Shown here piece after piece: positions 9,389 to 18,718 of a DNA stretch of 36,279 nucleotides. The stretch is from a virus. Lineage: Duplodnaviria > Heunggongvirae > Uroviricota > Caudoviricetes. Under the pieces are notes generated by a model. It worked only from the letters and a program-made list of their open reading frames with translations. It was not told where the DNA came from and did not search any database. Every line of letters begins with the position of its first letter. Position 1 is the stretch's first letter. The position numbers and the translations under genes are program-made. The DNA lies in IMG/VR virus record IMGVR_UViG_2917393062_000005, positions 1-36,279 of that record. One strand, 5' to 3'.

Positions 9389-9883
9389 ATGGCCATGATG
9401 ATGATCTACGGCATGTTTGTTTTTGAGCTGCGCACATTGCCGCATCAGCAGTTACAGCAAAACAAAAGCTGGCGGCATGTGAAAAATGAACGCGTTAACC
9501 GTTCAGCAAGCTGGCAGTATATCGGTGCAGGTGATGATCGCATCGTTCTTTCTGGTGTGCTTTATCCTGAAATCACAGGTGGCGAAGTGTCCCTGTCGCT
9601 GCTGACCACACAGGCGTATACCGGACGCCCCTGGCCTCTGATTGATGGCGTCGGGCAGATTTACGGCATGTATGTTCTGACTGACATAAGTACGACCCGC
9701 TCCGAGTTTGATCGCTACGGCAAGGCGAAAAAGATAGAGTTTTCACTGACCCTTGAACGCTGTGATGAGGATTTGCGGGAGCGCCTGCAATCCTCATCGT
9801 TCAGCGATATGCTGACTGGCTTCAAAGATAAGGTAACCTCGTCTTTAAATAGCGTGGCTAACTCAGTTCATAGTTTATTTTAA
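9389..9883 (+). CDS. U: Tail protein U
   Basis: 164 aa immediately after T; size and position match P2 gpU. Confidence 0.8.
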   Translation: MAMMMIYGMFVFELRTLPHQQLQQNKSWRHVKNERVNRSASWQYIGAGDDRIVLSGVLYPEITGGEVSLSLLTTQAYTGRPWPLIDGVGQIYGMYVLTDISTTRSEFDRYGKAKKIEFSLTLERCDEDLRERLQSSSFSDMLTGFKDKVTSSLNSVANSVHSLF

Positions 9884-9904
9884 AGAGTTTAATTTCTTGT
9901 GATA

Positions 9905-9930
9905 AATGGTCCGTAACATATCGGACCATT
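9905..9930. repeat. Perfect 9-bp-stem palindrome AATGGTCCG-N8-CGGACCATT downstream of U
   Basis: Seen in sequence; no T-run follows, so it is either a protein-binding palindrome or a weak terminator. Confidence 0.3.
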
Positions 9931-10064
9931 CAAGCACATTACATGTTGGTTCCATCTTATTGAATGCATCCAGTAGCCACAATATAATTTCTTGAGAGTT
10001 CATTACACACCCAGTCAGATTAACACCCCATTACATTGTAAGTGATAATGCAGAGATTAAATTC

Positions 10065-10607
10065 ATGGATATAAAAACATTAAAGGAGTGTATAAAAATA
10101 GAAGTTATAGGCGGAAACCATGAGTTTTCATGGAGAAAAGCTTTAACTCGCACCAGACGCAATAGGCGAAAACACTTTATGTTTTGGTGGCGAGTGGCCA
10201 GCTATCTATACAGCAGAGGAGGGTTCATGCGCTGGGTGGGCAAACGCATCGGAGCAAACCTTCATCGCGATTATAATGTTGAGATTCCTTTAACAGTGAG
10301 TATAGGGCCAGGCTTAGATATTGCTCACTTATCAGGTATTGTTATTACAGAAAACTGTGTGATAGGGAGAAATCTACATATAAAGCAAGGTGTTACTATT
10401 GGTCTAAGAACCCCTTCCAATGAGGCAATGATTACTATTGGAGATAATGTTGATATAGGTTGCAATTCATCTATCCTTGGTGGGCAAGTTAATATCGGTG
10501 ATAACGTTACGATAGGTGCTCATGCTCTGGTAACAAAATCTATTCCTTCCAACTCAATATATATAAACGAAATAACTCCTGTTATAAGACAAAAAAAGGC
10601 GCAGTAA
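10065..10607 (+). CDS. Hexapeptide-repeat (left-handed beta-helix) acyl/acetyltransferase, moron gene
   Basis: Repeated [LIV]-G-x-x-x-x hexapeptides (IGRNLHI, VTIGL, ITIGDNVDIG, VNIGDNVTIG), WcaF/CysE-like. Markedly AT-rich compared with flanking tail genes. True start may be internal. Confidence 0.75.
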   Translation: MDIKTLKECIKIEVIGGNHEFSWRKALTRTRRNRRKHFMFWWRVASYLYSRGGFMRWVGKRIGANLHRDYNVEIPLTVSIGPGLDIAHLSGIVITENCVIGRNLHIKQGVTIGLRTPSNEAMITIGDNVDIGCNSSILGGQVNIGDNVTIGAHALVTKSIPSNSIYINEITPVIRQKKAQ

Positions 10608-10619
10608 GCGCCTTTTTTC
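10590..10619. terminator. Bidirectional rho-independent terminator shared by the acyltransferase (plus) and G (minus)
   Basis: AAAAAAA-GGCGC-AGTAA-GCGCC-TTTTTT: hairpin flanked by an A-run and a T-run between convergent stop codons. Confidence 0.75.
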
Positions 10620-11193
10620 ATGGTTGCTCTGGCCAATCAATATCGGTGGTATTTTCTGGTTGAATACGATTCACCAATACACGGTACTTCTTCCAGCGTG
10701 TCAAGTTTATCTTTTCGTCTTCTGTCGCTATATCTAAATCAACAGCGTCCTGCAAAGTAGCAATGATCTTACTCGCATAAGCGATTTGTTCTCTCTTCTG
10801 AGATTCGGCGGCTCTGACAAGTGCATCACGCTCTGCATTCTCATCATTCACCCACGCATTTCCGTTCCATTTCTGATAATTCCCATCGGGGAAAATGGTT
10901 GTCACGTCTGGGGGTAATGCACCAAGTTCAGAAATATAAATGGCCGTTCCCGTTTTCGTTTCGTAGACAGTCTCTCCGCGATGGTCTTCCATCAACTCCC
11001 ATTTCATTTCATTTGCATTGAAAACGGCAGCAAAACCCGCCGGAATATCAGGCGGCGCAATATCTGTACTGTTTGCAGGCAGACCTGTATACGGTGGAAT
11101 ATATGCGTCACTTTCACCAATAAATTCGTTTGTACCATCGAGATAATTAAATACGCGAATAATTTGTGCTTCTGCACTCATTTTAAAACCCAT
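10618..11193 (-). CDS. G: Tail fiber assembly chaperone G
   Basis: 191 aa directly downstream of H with overlapping start/stop; GxxxYxxxxGxxP-type N-terminus typical of tail fiber assembly proteins. Confidence 0.8.
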   Translation of the reverse strand: MGFKMSAEAQIIRVFNYLDGTNEFIGESDAYIPPYTGLPANSTDIAPPDIPAGFAAVFNANEMKWELMEDHRGETVYETKTGTAIYISELGALPPDVTTIFPDGNYQKWNGNAWVNDENAERDALVRAAESQKREQIAYASKIIATLQDAVDLDIATEDEKINLTRWKKYRVLVNRIQPENTTDIDWPEQP

Positions 11194-13811
11194 TATGCAA
11201 GCCTCACAATATAGTTAAATGCGATGTTTTTGACGGTGTTTTCGGTATTGCCAGTAGCATTTACGGTAATGGAATGCCCGTGTGAGCCAATAGCAACAGT
11301 GTGTGAATGTGCACCAATACCAACAGTATGGTTATGTGCTCCAATGTCGACTGTATGTGCATGATTGCCTGATGAACTTGTAGTCGTAGCACCTTTATCA
11401 CTTCGCGGAACACCATAATCTGCACCGCCTGATTGCACGCTCACAGCAAAACCGACGGTATGTGTATGATTGCCAGAAGTATTGGTTGATTTTGTGCCGT
11501 GGTTAAACGTACTGACTGTTTTTGTCCCGTAATCAAATGAACTGGTCGTTTTCGTCCCTAAGTCCGTATTTGACGCACTGGCGCTGTGAGTATGCGATTT
11601 AATCCCGTCCTGTTCCTGTGACAATACGGCACGCCCACTGGCGGGTTTTCCCTTGATTGTCCAGCCGCGCATATCAGGAATAACACCTGAAGGATAGGCT
11701 ATAGCCAGTTTCGGATATGCAGCCTTATCGAACGTCTGCCCCTGCATAATTGCATAGCCCGCAGGTGGTGTATCTGATGGCCACGGCAACGGAACACCTG
11801 GCGGAAACGCTTCGATATTTGCCGACCCGTCAAATTTTACGCCGTTAATTGTCCTTGCCGTTTTCAGCTTTGTCGCTGTAGCAGCATTGCCGGACAGTTC
11901 GCCTGAAAGACCACCGCTGAATGTCTGTTTCGCCGCCCATGTCTGAGCTTCGTCGATAATTGGCACACGTCTTGTTGTGATCGTGCGACTTCCCGGATTT
12001 CCTGAAATACGCACCATAAAAAAGCGGTAATTCGCTTTACTTACAGTGCTGCGCCATACATGCATTGAGCGCCCCGTACCGGAATCATCACTCGGACCAA
12101 CTGCGATGTTTATCAGGTTGCCATCAATGACGCCCCAGTCCATGCCGTCGGGAATGTTGGTCATGTTATCAAGCCGAACGGTTATCAGACTGCCCGGCAC
12201 AAAGTCGTAGGTCTGCCAGTCCAGGCTGGTGAGTTTTGCCACTGCGCCACCGATGCCCAGATTCAGAGGCAACGAAAAGGAGTTATATACTTCTCGCCAT
12301 TCGGTCCATTTGCTCCCGGCGTAGACGCGCTCAAAAGTGCGCCCCTGTGTGGTTTCTGATTTCCCTGTGGTTGTGTAACGCTGCCAGACAGACACACCAT
12401 CAAAACGTCTGATTACTTCCAGTATCCCAAGCAGTGTTGCTCCAGCGGTATCCTGCATTGGACCGTTTGTTGCCTTCCCTGTAACGCTGTAAATGCCAGG
12501 TGAAGTCAGATCATTCAAATCCCCTTCGTAATAACGACACTCTGACTGATGGCCCACTCTTGACCACGGTTCCCACTGTGGATTCTCTGCATTCCATGTA
12601 GCAGAAAGGCAGCGAACATATACATTCCCCCGGCGGGTCGTGTAACGTTGCATGCGTGAGTACCCACCACCTTCAAGAACTTCAAGGAGTCCCTGACCAT
12701 AACTTCCTTCTTCTGGATAGTTGCGGTCAAATGAAGCGATAGAACCACTACTGTTTCGCCATAAACCAAGATGCTCTGCGCCTCCGAGCGTGTTCAGGTC
12801 AATGGTTGTACTCAGAGGGCGTGTTGCTGACTGAATCTGTCGCCAGTAGCTCCACGGACCGTCAGAGCCATTCCAGGAACCAGCAAGGTTGCGCATATAA
12901 ACATTGCCAGTTCTGGTGGTATAACGCTGCATTCCTACAAAATTACCGCCATTGAATACCTCAAGAACACCGACGGCACCGTCTTCCGGGAAATGTTTCT
13001 CCAGTGTTGCGTTGGAGGATGTGGATTTATACCAGACCCCCACATAAGCCTTAACAGGACCAAACGTATTCAGATCAGCATCAAGCGGCATTTCGCCATT
13101 GTTTTTCATAAACGTCAGGCTGGTAACGCCAACATTGTCCAGAAAAGCGCCCTTATCTGGAATATCGTCACCGTTCTGGTCTTTCTGCAGACGTTTCTCA
13201 GCATTGTCATAGGCTGCTTTTACTGCCTTTGGCGTTGCCGCCAGCTCTTCACTGGTGCTGTTTGTTGCACTGCTTAACTGGGTAAAACCTTTTTCTGTCA
13301 GCGTGGCGTCAGGATGGCGGCGGGACTGCTCATGCTCTGCGATTTTGTCATCGACGTAATCCTGCGTCGCCATCACTGTGCTGGCATCAATACTCAGCTC
13401 AACGGACGCCACATTGCTGAGAATAATAACCATGCGGCAGGTCTGCGCACGCCCGGAGCCTTCAGCCAGTTCAGGCTTATAGCTTTCCGCCATGTTGGCG
13501 ACCGCAATCAGTGTTCCGGCATCGTCATACAGACCAAGCTCACGCATCCAGAAGCCGCCCACTTCTGGCGGAACAACCAGTTCAGCCACGATATAGTTTT
13601 TATTCTTATTATCCACGCTGACTTTATTCAGGGCGTGACGCCAGACCTCATGCACCAGTTTCGTCTGACCGGCATCCGGCACCGGCAATTTGCCATTACC
13701 GTCACCCACGGCCATTGCAGACAGGGTTACTTTTTTCCCGCCGGGGACAGTGGCGGCTGCCAGCTTTGCGGCTCCGGCAGTAGTGATAACGGTTTTAAAT
13801 TTCGTGCTCAT
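11193..13811 (-). CDS. H: Tail fiber protein H
   Basis: 872 aa; N-terminal about 200 aa match P2 gpH closely ([63 protein letters not shown]). C-terminus carries HxH repeats. Confidence 0.93.
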   Translation of the reverse strand: MSTKFKTVITTAGAAKLAAATVPGGKKVTLSAMAVGDGNGKLPVPDAGQTKLVHEVWRHALNKVSVDNKNKNYIVAELVVPPEVGGFWMRELGLYDDAGTLIAVANMAESYKPELAEGSGRAQTCRMVIILSNVASVELSIDASTVMATQDYVDDKIAEHEQSRRHPDATLTEKGFTQLSSATNSTSEELAATPKAVKAAYDNAEKRLQKDQNGDDIPDKGAFLDNVGVTSLTFMKNNGEMPLDADLNTFGPVKAYVGVWYKSTSSNATLEKHFPEDGAVGVLEVFNGGNFVGMQRYTTRTGNVYMRNLAGSWNGSDGPWSYWRQIQSATRPLSTTIDLNTLGGAEHLGLWRNSSGSIASFDRNYPEEGSYGQGLLEVLEGGGYSRMQRYTTRRGNVYVRCLSATWNAENPQWEPWSRVGHQSECRYYEGDLNDLTSPGIYSVTGKATNGPMQDTAGATLLGILEVIRRFDGVSVWQRYTTTGKSETTQGRTFERVYAGSKWTEWREVYNSFSLPLNLGIGGAVAKLTSLDWQTYDFVPGSLITVRLDNMTNIPDGMDWGVIDGNLINIAVGPSDDSGTGRSMHVWRSTVSKANYRFFMVRISGNPGSRTITTRRVPIIDEAQTWAAKQTFSGGLSGELSGNAATATKLKTARTINGVKFDGSANIEAFPPGVPLPWPSDTPPAGYAIMQGQTFDKAAYPKLAIAYPSGVIPDMRGWTIKGKPASGRAVLSQEQDGIKSHTHSASASNTDLGTKTTSSFDYGTKTVSTFNHGTKSTNTSGNHTHTVGFAVSVQSGGADYGVPRSDKGATTTSSSGNHAHTVDIGAHNHTVGIGAHSHTVAIGSHGHSITVNATGNTENTVKNIAFNYIVRLA
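11222..11420 (-). repeat. Imperfect tandem repeats encoding HxH motifs at the H C-terminus
   Basis: Protein repeats NHTHTV, NHAHTV, AHNHTV, AHSHTV, SHGHSI, with corresponding repeated nucleotide blocks. Confidence 0.6.
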
Positions 13812-13821
13812 TGTTTCTCAC

Positions 13822-14382
13822 TTATCCGGGATAAACAGTAATAACATCACCATCACAGACCACACCGCCTGTATACAGATAGCCGGGAATGTCCTGGATA
13901 ATGTTCAGACCGATAAGGTGGCGACTTGCGGGTTTGGCATCGGCAATCAGCCGTTCCATTTCCAGATACATTTCCTCGGTCACACCACTGTCCAGCGTGC
14001 CAACATCAACCTTGAATGTTCCGGGTTCGCCGTCGAACTCCCACCACTCAGACACGCGAATGAGGTATCCCAGCGGTTCAATGGCTCGTCGCAGGGCGCT
14101 GATGGTTCCTTTGTGTCGGTGTGTCAACCATGCATCACGAATCACCTGTCGCTTTGTCTCTTCTGGCCAGTTGCGATCCCAGCGGTCAACGGAAAACGCC
14201 CAGGCGAGATAAGGCAGCAGATGTACCGGGCAGGTGTCCGGCGACCACAGCGTGTTGAGGTCTACCGGAATGTCTGTAATGCGTGTCCCGACGGCTTCGG
14301 CACAACGCATGAAATTGCTGGCTGATGGCGGTAACAGTGAATTACTCATTACGCCCACCTTCGCTGATGGTGAATGACTCAC
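13822..14382 (-). CDS. I: Baseplate protein I
   Basis: WSPDTCPVHLLPYLAWAFSVDRWD, ERLIADAKPASRHLIGLNI and GDVITVYPG match P2 gpI. Confidence 0.9.
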   Translation of the reverse strand: MSHSPSAKVGVMSNSLLPPSASNFMRCAEAVGTRITDIPVDLNTLWSPDTCPVHLLPYLAWAFSVDRWDRNWPEETKRQVIRDAWLTHRHKGTISALRRAIEPLGYLIRVSEWWEFDGEPGTFKVDVGTLDSGVTEEMYLEMERLIADAKPASRHLIGLNIIQDIPGYLYTGGVVCDGDVITVYPG

Positions 14383-15237
14383 AGCGCGCCGCCTGTATGT
14401 CGCTGATGGCCATATTCTGTGTGGGTTCGATTATCTCCACGCGTTGCACACCGTGCACATGCAGTGCGGCAGCAATGGCGGACAACGCCACATCCTGACC
14501 GATAAGCCCCTGCTCAGCCAGCCACTTCCTGAACGACGATTCAGCCGCAGCCAGAATAGGTTCGGATTCCGGGCCGGGGTAGAAGTACAGTTTTGCATTC
14601 AGCCGCCATGTCACGATTCTGGCGCTCTGTACGGTCAGGCGGTCGGCCACCGGGCGGGTATCCTCTGCATTCAGAACGGCGCGAACGGTATTAAGCAACG
14701 CCTCCGTTGCTGTGCCGTCGCCCTCAGTGGACAGAATGGAAACCGTCACGTTGGCCGGAGACGGGCTGATGGCCCGCGCGTCGCGTACCAGACCGCTGGC
14801 GCTGCGTGCAAAATACTCGTATGCACCTGACGGGCCAGCAACACTCAGACCGTCATACGCCCGTTGCGCCCGCAGTCTCAGTGAGGTGTCACTTTCCATC
14901 ACCGCGTCGGTGGTATCCGTTGCCGGAGTGATAACCAGGCGCTTTGTGTTCATATTGCCCGCAAGGTTGTCCAGGTCTGTCCCGGCGCTGTGGCTTAGCA
15001 TGCAGCGCGTGCACCCTCATTGACCCGCTGGCGTAACAGCATTTCACGAAACGCTGTTGTCTGGGCGATAACGTTCAGGGGCTCCGATTCCAGCTCCAGC
15101 GCGGCGGAGACGGCTTCACGCTGTTCGGCGGGATAAGCCGCAATCATCATGGCCTTTGTATCAGCCAGAATTGCCTCAAAGTCAGGCTCCGCGATGATGG
15201 CGGGTTCCGGTAACTGGGAAAGGTCAACGGCAGGCAT
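14342..15237 (-). pseudogene. J: Baseplate protein J interrupted by a frameshift (80-aa N-terminal ORF plus 219-aa C-terminal ORF)
   Basis: Both pieces match P2 gpJ (N: LPEPAIIAEPDFE...RQRVNE; C: TKRLVITPA...VTVQSA...ALHVHGVQRVE), but the first stops at TAA (14995-14997) and the second starts in a different frame at 14999-15001. Confidence 0.8.
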
Positions 15238-15240
15238 GAT

Positions 15241-15591
15241 TTACTCCCTCAGCGTGATGGTTAATTCAACATTCTGCATGGTCTGCATGACAGTGCCCGA
15301 CAGCGTCACCCCGGCGCGGCCTCCTGCCTTCCAGACAACGTCGATGGCGTCCAGGGCAATGCGGGGTTCCCATCGCGTCAGTGCAATCACGGCAGCACTC
15401 ATGCATTGCAGACGCGTGGTGTTATTCATGGGCTCGTCAATCAAATCAGGCACAAGGCTGCCATATTCCCGTCGCATAACCCGGCTTGCCAGCGGGGTGA
15501 TCAGGATGTCCCTGACTGACTGTTTCAGGTGCTCCATATCGTTCAGGTTTCCCGTCCCGTCCGGATTCATTCCTGTGTAGCGGGTTGTCAC
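15241..15591 (-). CDS. W: Baseplate protein W
   Basis: 116 aa; RVMRREYGSL and WEPR motifs match P2 gpW. Confidence 0.85.
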   Translation of the reverse strand: MTTRYTGMNPDGTGNLNDMEHLKQSVRDILITPLASRVMRREYGSLVPDLIDEPMNNTTRLQCMSAAVIALTRWEPRIALDAIDVVWKAGGRAGVTLSGTVMQTMQNVELTITLRE

Positions 15592-16169
15592 TGCGGGCCT
15601 CCTGTCGAATCGCTGCCACCTTTAACGCCACCGTGCTTATGCGTATGCACTGTGATGCCGTTTGAGGTGAAATCGCCGCCGCTGTGCGTGATATTGCCGC
15701 TCATCGTTCCCCCTTTTGTGACGTCAAGCGTCGCTGTTCTCAGAAGGTCTGTGCATTCCACGACAGGCGTATCCAGTGTCACGCTGACGGATGCCTGCAG
15801 GGTGGCTGTTTTCATGCCGCTGGCGCTCAGTGCGCCTGCGTCCGCGTCGTAGCGGAACACCGCGCCGTCCGGCGCGCTGACCACGATTTCTTTCAGGCTT
15901 TTGCCGGGGGCCGGATTGGCATCACTCCACAGGCTGCCAATTATCATGGCGGTTTCCGGGTTGCCGCCTATGCAGGCAATTACCACCTGTTCGCCTGGTG
16001 ATGGCGGCAGCCACACATTGAAGGCTCCCGCGCGCGTGGTGTTCCAGCGCAGCCAGCCTGTTTCCAGTTCGCCGCTGCGAACGCGCACGCGCCAGGACTT
16101 CTCGTCAACTTCAGAGATGATCCCGGTGCGGATGATATTGCTCAGCAGTCGCATGAGTTCTGCGCTCAC
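15588..16169 (-). CDS. V: Baseplate spike protein V
   Basis: 193 aa in the conserved S-V-W order with overlapping stops/starts; Gly/Thr-rich C-terminus. Confidence 0.8.
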   Translation of the reverse strand: MSAELMRLLSNIIRTGIISEVDEKSWRVRVRSGELETGWLRWNTTRAGAFNVWLPPSPGEQVVIACIGGNPETAMIIGSLWSDANPAPGKSLKEIVVSAPDGAVFRYDADAGALSASGMKTATLQASVSVTLDTPVVECTDLLRTATLDVTKGGTMSGNITHSGGDFTSNGITVHTHKHGGVKGGSDSTGGPQ

Positions 16170-16810
16170 CGTACAGCCTCCGCAATCCGGCCCAGCACCG
16201 TGTTATAAATCAGGCGTTCATCTGCCTGACTGATGCCCAACAGCTCACGTACCGGGTAATCGGTGAAAATGCCCGGCGCAACCTGATCGCGCTCACCGAA
16301 CTGATGAACGCGGGCAATACGTGCGGCCACGCCGCTGTAACCCACCGTCACACCGGAAGCATCTGCACGGGCTTTCAGGTAGCGGGCGGTGCGCAGTTTT
16401 ACGAACATGGGGACGCGCTTTGTGCTGTCCTGGTTGATGCGCCGGGTGCGTATTTCCAGAAAACGGTCGATGTCATCCCGGTAAAACGTGCGGATATTGT
16501 TTTTATCCTCATCCCACCCGGTAATGGTTCGCCCGTATTTCCCTGTGTCGTGATGCCAGTTTTTCAGCGTGCGTGCTTCGTTATTCCAGATAAAGCGAAT
16601 GCGTTCCTGTATCCGGGTTACGCGGCGTCTGCGTGGTGTCCATGCGGTCCCGTCCGGCGCTTTCTGTGACCGGATGCGCGCCTGCTGGGCGCGGCGTAAA
16701 TCCTGTGCCAGCTTTCTGGCGATGTTATTGATGGCCTGCTGATTCAGGCTGTCGCGGATGGCCTCAAAGGTTTCATCCACGCGGGTGAATGCCTTATCCA
16801 TCGCTTTCAC
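16166..16810 (-). CDS. S: Tail completion / virion morphogenesis protein (gpS-like, longer than P2 S)
   Basis: RIARVHQFGERD matches the P2 gpS motif RIARVHQYGLKD; sits between R and V. Confidence 0.75.
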   Translation of the reverse strand: MKAMDKAFTRVDETFEAIRDSLNQQAINNIARKLAQDLRRAQQARIRSQKAPDGTAWTPRRRRVTRIQERIRFIWNNEARTLKNWHHDTGKYGRTITGWDEDKNNIRTFYRDDIDRFLEIRTRRINQDSTKRVPMFVKLRTARYLKARADASGVTVGYSGVAARIARVHQFGERDQVAPGIFTDYPVRELLGISQADERLIYNTVLGRIAEAVR

Positions 16811-17261
16811 CCCACGTCACATCCTGGAATACATGCGACCAGTCGCCTTCGGAAGATGGCAGGCGGGGTTTTGGCTCCGGCAGGTGTTCTGCCTGCGGTG
16901 TGCCCTGACTGCTGCGCGTGATGCGAACGCGTTCCCGCAGGGGGAGCGTAAACAGGAGATCGGCGCTGTCATCGTCATTGATAACGGCGGAAAATTTGAT
17001 GTCCTGATTACGCTCAGGGTTGAGCAACAACTGTGGCTGATTTTCGGATAACCACGCCAGCAGCGGCAGCGTGAGGTCGTCCAGCTCCCCGGCGTAATCC
17101 ATGACAAACATCACCATCTGATAGCGGTAAACAAACGATGGGGTTTCTCCTGTCGTTTCAATGTTGCCGCTCTCCACGAAAATGGTGAATTTTTCCGGGT
17201 TGGCCTGACACCATCGGCATGAACGGGTCATGGCTTCACGCAGGGAATCAGTTTTCAGCAT
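16794..17261 (-). CDS. R: Tail completion protein R
   Basis: 155 aa; MLKTDSLREAMT and LPLLAWLSENQP match P2 gpR. Confidence 0.85.
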   Translation of the reverse strand: MLKTDSLREAMTRSCRWCQANPEKFTIFVESGNIETTGETPSFVYRYQMVMFVMDYAGELDDLTLPLLAWLSENQPQLLLNPERNQDIKFSAVINDDDSADLLFTLPLRERVRITRSSQGTPQAEHLPEPKPRLPSSEGDWSHVFQDVTWGESDG

Positions 17262-17568
17262 GGTTGTTGTCCTCGTTGTTCAGTCGTTGCAGTCTGCGCT
17301 GTTCCAGTAATTCAATGGCCCGTTTATCCGCGTTACAGGTTTCCAGTGCATCCAGAAGGCGGTCGCCCCATATACCGAGATTTCCCCATGTGGGAGTGTC
17401 AGGGAAGGGGGGAGGCGTTACCGGTATGGTCAGCGTCTGCGGTATAAGCCGGACTGACGGCGCTGGCCGTGGCGCGTTCTGCGTGCCTGCGCAACCTGTC
17501 AGTAAAACGAGCGTCAGGCAAAGCGTGGGCGCATTCATCTTTTGCAATATCGTTGCGTAGCTGTTCAC
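17248..17568 (-). CDS. lysC: o-spanin (Rz1/LysC-like outer-membrane lipoprotein), partly embedded in the i-spanin gene
   Basis: Signal peptide with lipobox LLTGC followed by a Pro-rich segment; overlaps the 3' part of the i-spanin gene in another frame. Confidence 0.75.
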   Translation of the reverse strand: MNSYATILQKMNAPTLCLTLVLLTGCAGTQNAPRPAPSVRLIPQTLTIPVTPPPFPDTPTWGNLGIWGDRLLDALETCNADKRAIELLEQRRLQRLNNEDNNHAEN

Positions 17569-17806
17569 GTCTGGCCTCTCCGTCCTGATTTCGCTGTTGA
17601 TTTTCCACGCGGAGTTGCGCCAGCACCTGCTGCATATCCTGTACCCCGGTGCTGATGATATTCAGGGTGTCGACGGTGCTTTTCAGGGCGCTGGCCTGCG
17701 CTTCGTTTCTGGTGTTCTCCCGGCCCAGCGACCACGACAGACGCATGGATGTTCCCCATGCGGCAATCAGAAGGAAAGCGACGCCCAGCGTAGGCCAGAG
17801 CTTCAT
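17399..17806 (-). CDS. lysB: i-spanin (Rz/LysB-like)
   Basis: N-terminal TM helix (MKLWPTLGVAFLLIAAW) then coiled-coil region; start overlaps the endolysin stop. The ORF track's upstream extension is probably not translated. Confidence 0.75.
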   Translation of the reverse strand: MKLWPTLGVAFLLIAAWGTSMRLSWSLGRENTRNEAQASALKSTVDTLNIISTGVQDMQQVLAQLRVENQQRNQDGEARREQLRNDIAKDECAHALPDARFTDRLRRHAERATASAVSPAYTADADHTGNASPLP

Positions 17807-18195
17807 GCCGGATAGGCTCCGTGTGGTAACTGAAAATGCGGTCCGTCTTTCAGGGTCTTCCAGTCGCCGCCCCATTCCACCGGAATATTCAGTTCCCGGC
17901 TGGCCTGTCTGAATGCTGCTGCGATTTTTTCGTACAGCGGCCATTCCCATGACACCTGGCTGCCGATATAAGCCACAACATCCACGGCATGCCCCGTAAG
18001 GTGGCGGCTGTTCATGGTCTGGCTCTTACCCGTGGCCACCAGTTGCTTCTGGCGGTAACGGCTGCGCAACCCTTCGGTGATACCAAAATCCACTTCCGAG
18101 ATTTCCAGTGCCCGTCGGGTCACTTTCACCAGATCAGGATTTACGCCCTGCAAATTCTTTTCGCTCCGGCTGCTGAATTTAAATGTGTTGCTCAT
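17803..18195 (-). CDS. Endolysin, peptidase M15-type (L-alanyl-D-glutamate peptidase family), not the P2 K lysozyme type
   Basis: 130 aa with HLTGHAVDV and GGDW-like motifs suggestive of zinc D-Ala-D-Ala/L-Ala-D-Glu peptidases; located in the lysis cassette between holin and spanins. Family assignment is from motif memory. Confidence 0.6.
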   Translation of the reverse strand: MSNTFKFSSRSEKNLQGVNPDLVKVTRRALEISEVDFGITEGLRSRYRQKQLVATGKSQTMNSRHLTGHAVDVVAYIGSQVSWEWPLYEKIAAAFRQASRELNIPVEWGGDWKTLKDGPHFQLPHGAYPA

Positions 18196-18516
18196 TCGTC
18201 CTTCTCCTTCACCCTGCGATTAAAGGCCGCAATAACCTTGTCGCGTGCTTTTTCTGCCCCCATAAAACCGATTGATGCGCCGATAAACGTCACGGCATCT
18301 TCAGGAAAACCGAAGAAGCGCAGCGACCCGGCCACGGCCATGGCAAGAACGCCGCACGCCAGCGATCCCGTTACGGTCTGAACCAGTGTTCGTCCGTCAT
18401 AAAGACTCATCAGCGCGGAAATGCTGACCGCCGCGCCTACTGCATACACCGTTGGCAGGTGGTCAAAGAGCCATGCAATAACCTGCTCTGTGATCCCTGT
18501 TTGAATGGTGCTCACT
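18192..18516 (-). CDS. Putative holin
   Basis: About 108 aa from a GTG at 18516 preceded by GGGGGAG; two to three hydrophobic helices and a charged C-terminus (RRVKEKDE); sits upstream of the endolysin. Confidence 0.6.
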
Positions 18517-18517
18517 G

Positions 18518-18718
18518 CTACTCCCCCCACAACTGAATCATTTCTCGTTTCTTCTTCTCCGGCTCCGGCATCTCCACTTCCTGCCCTGCGTCCAGAAACA
18601 CCTGCTGACAGAGTCCGGGGTTGGCATCCAGCACCTTTTCGGTGATGCCCTGCGTCGTGCCGTAGTACCGGAAACAGAGCGAATCCACGGTGTCGCCTTC
18701 CAGTGCCTTCACTTTCAT
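18518..18718 (-). CDS. X: Tail protein X (LysM-like)
   Basis: MKVKALEGDTVDSLCFRYYG...VLDANPGL matches P2 gpX (QGDTLDAICVRYYG...VLAANPGL). Confidence 0.85.
   Translation of the reverse strand: MKVKALEGDTVDSLCFRYYGTTQGITEKVLDANPGLCQQVFLDAGQEVEMPEPEKKKREMIQLWGE

Noticed and set aside
8709-9398. 229-aa plus-strand ORF overlapping the 3' end of T in another frame
   Set aside because: Arginine-rich, low-complexity alternative frame; T continues in its own frame to 9382.
13314-14325. Plus-strand ORFs (175 and 211 aa) across the H/I junction
   Set aside because: Antisense to well-supported H and I; no start context.
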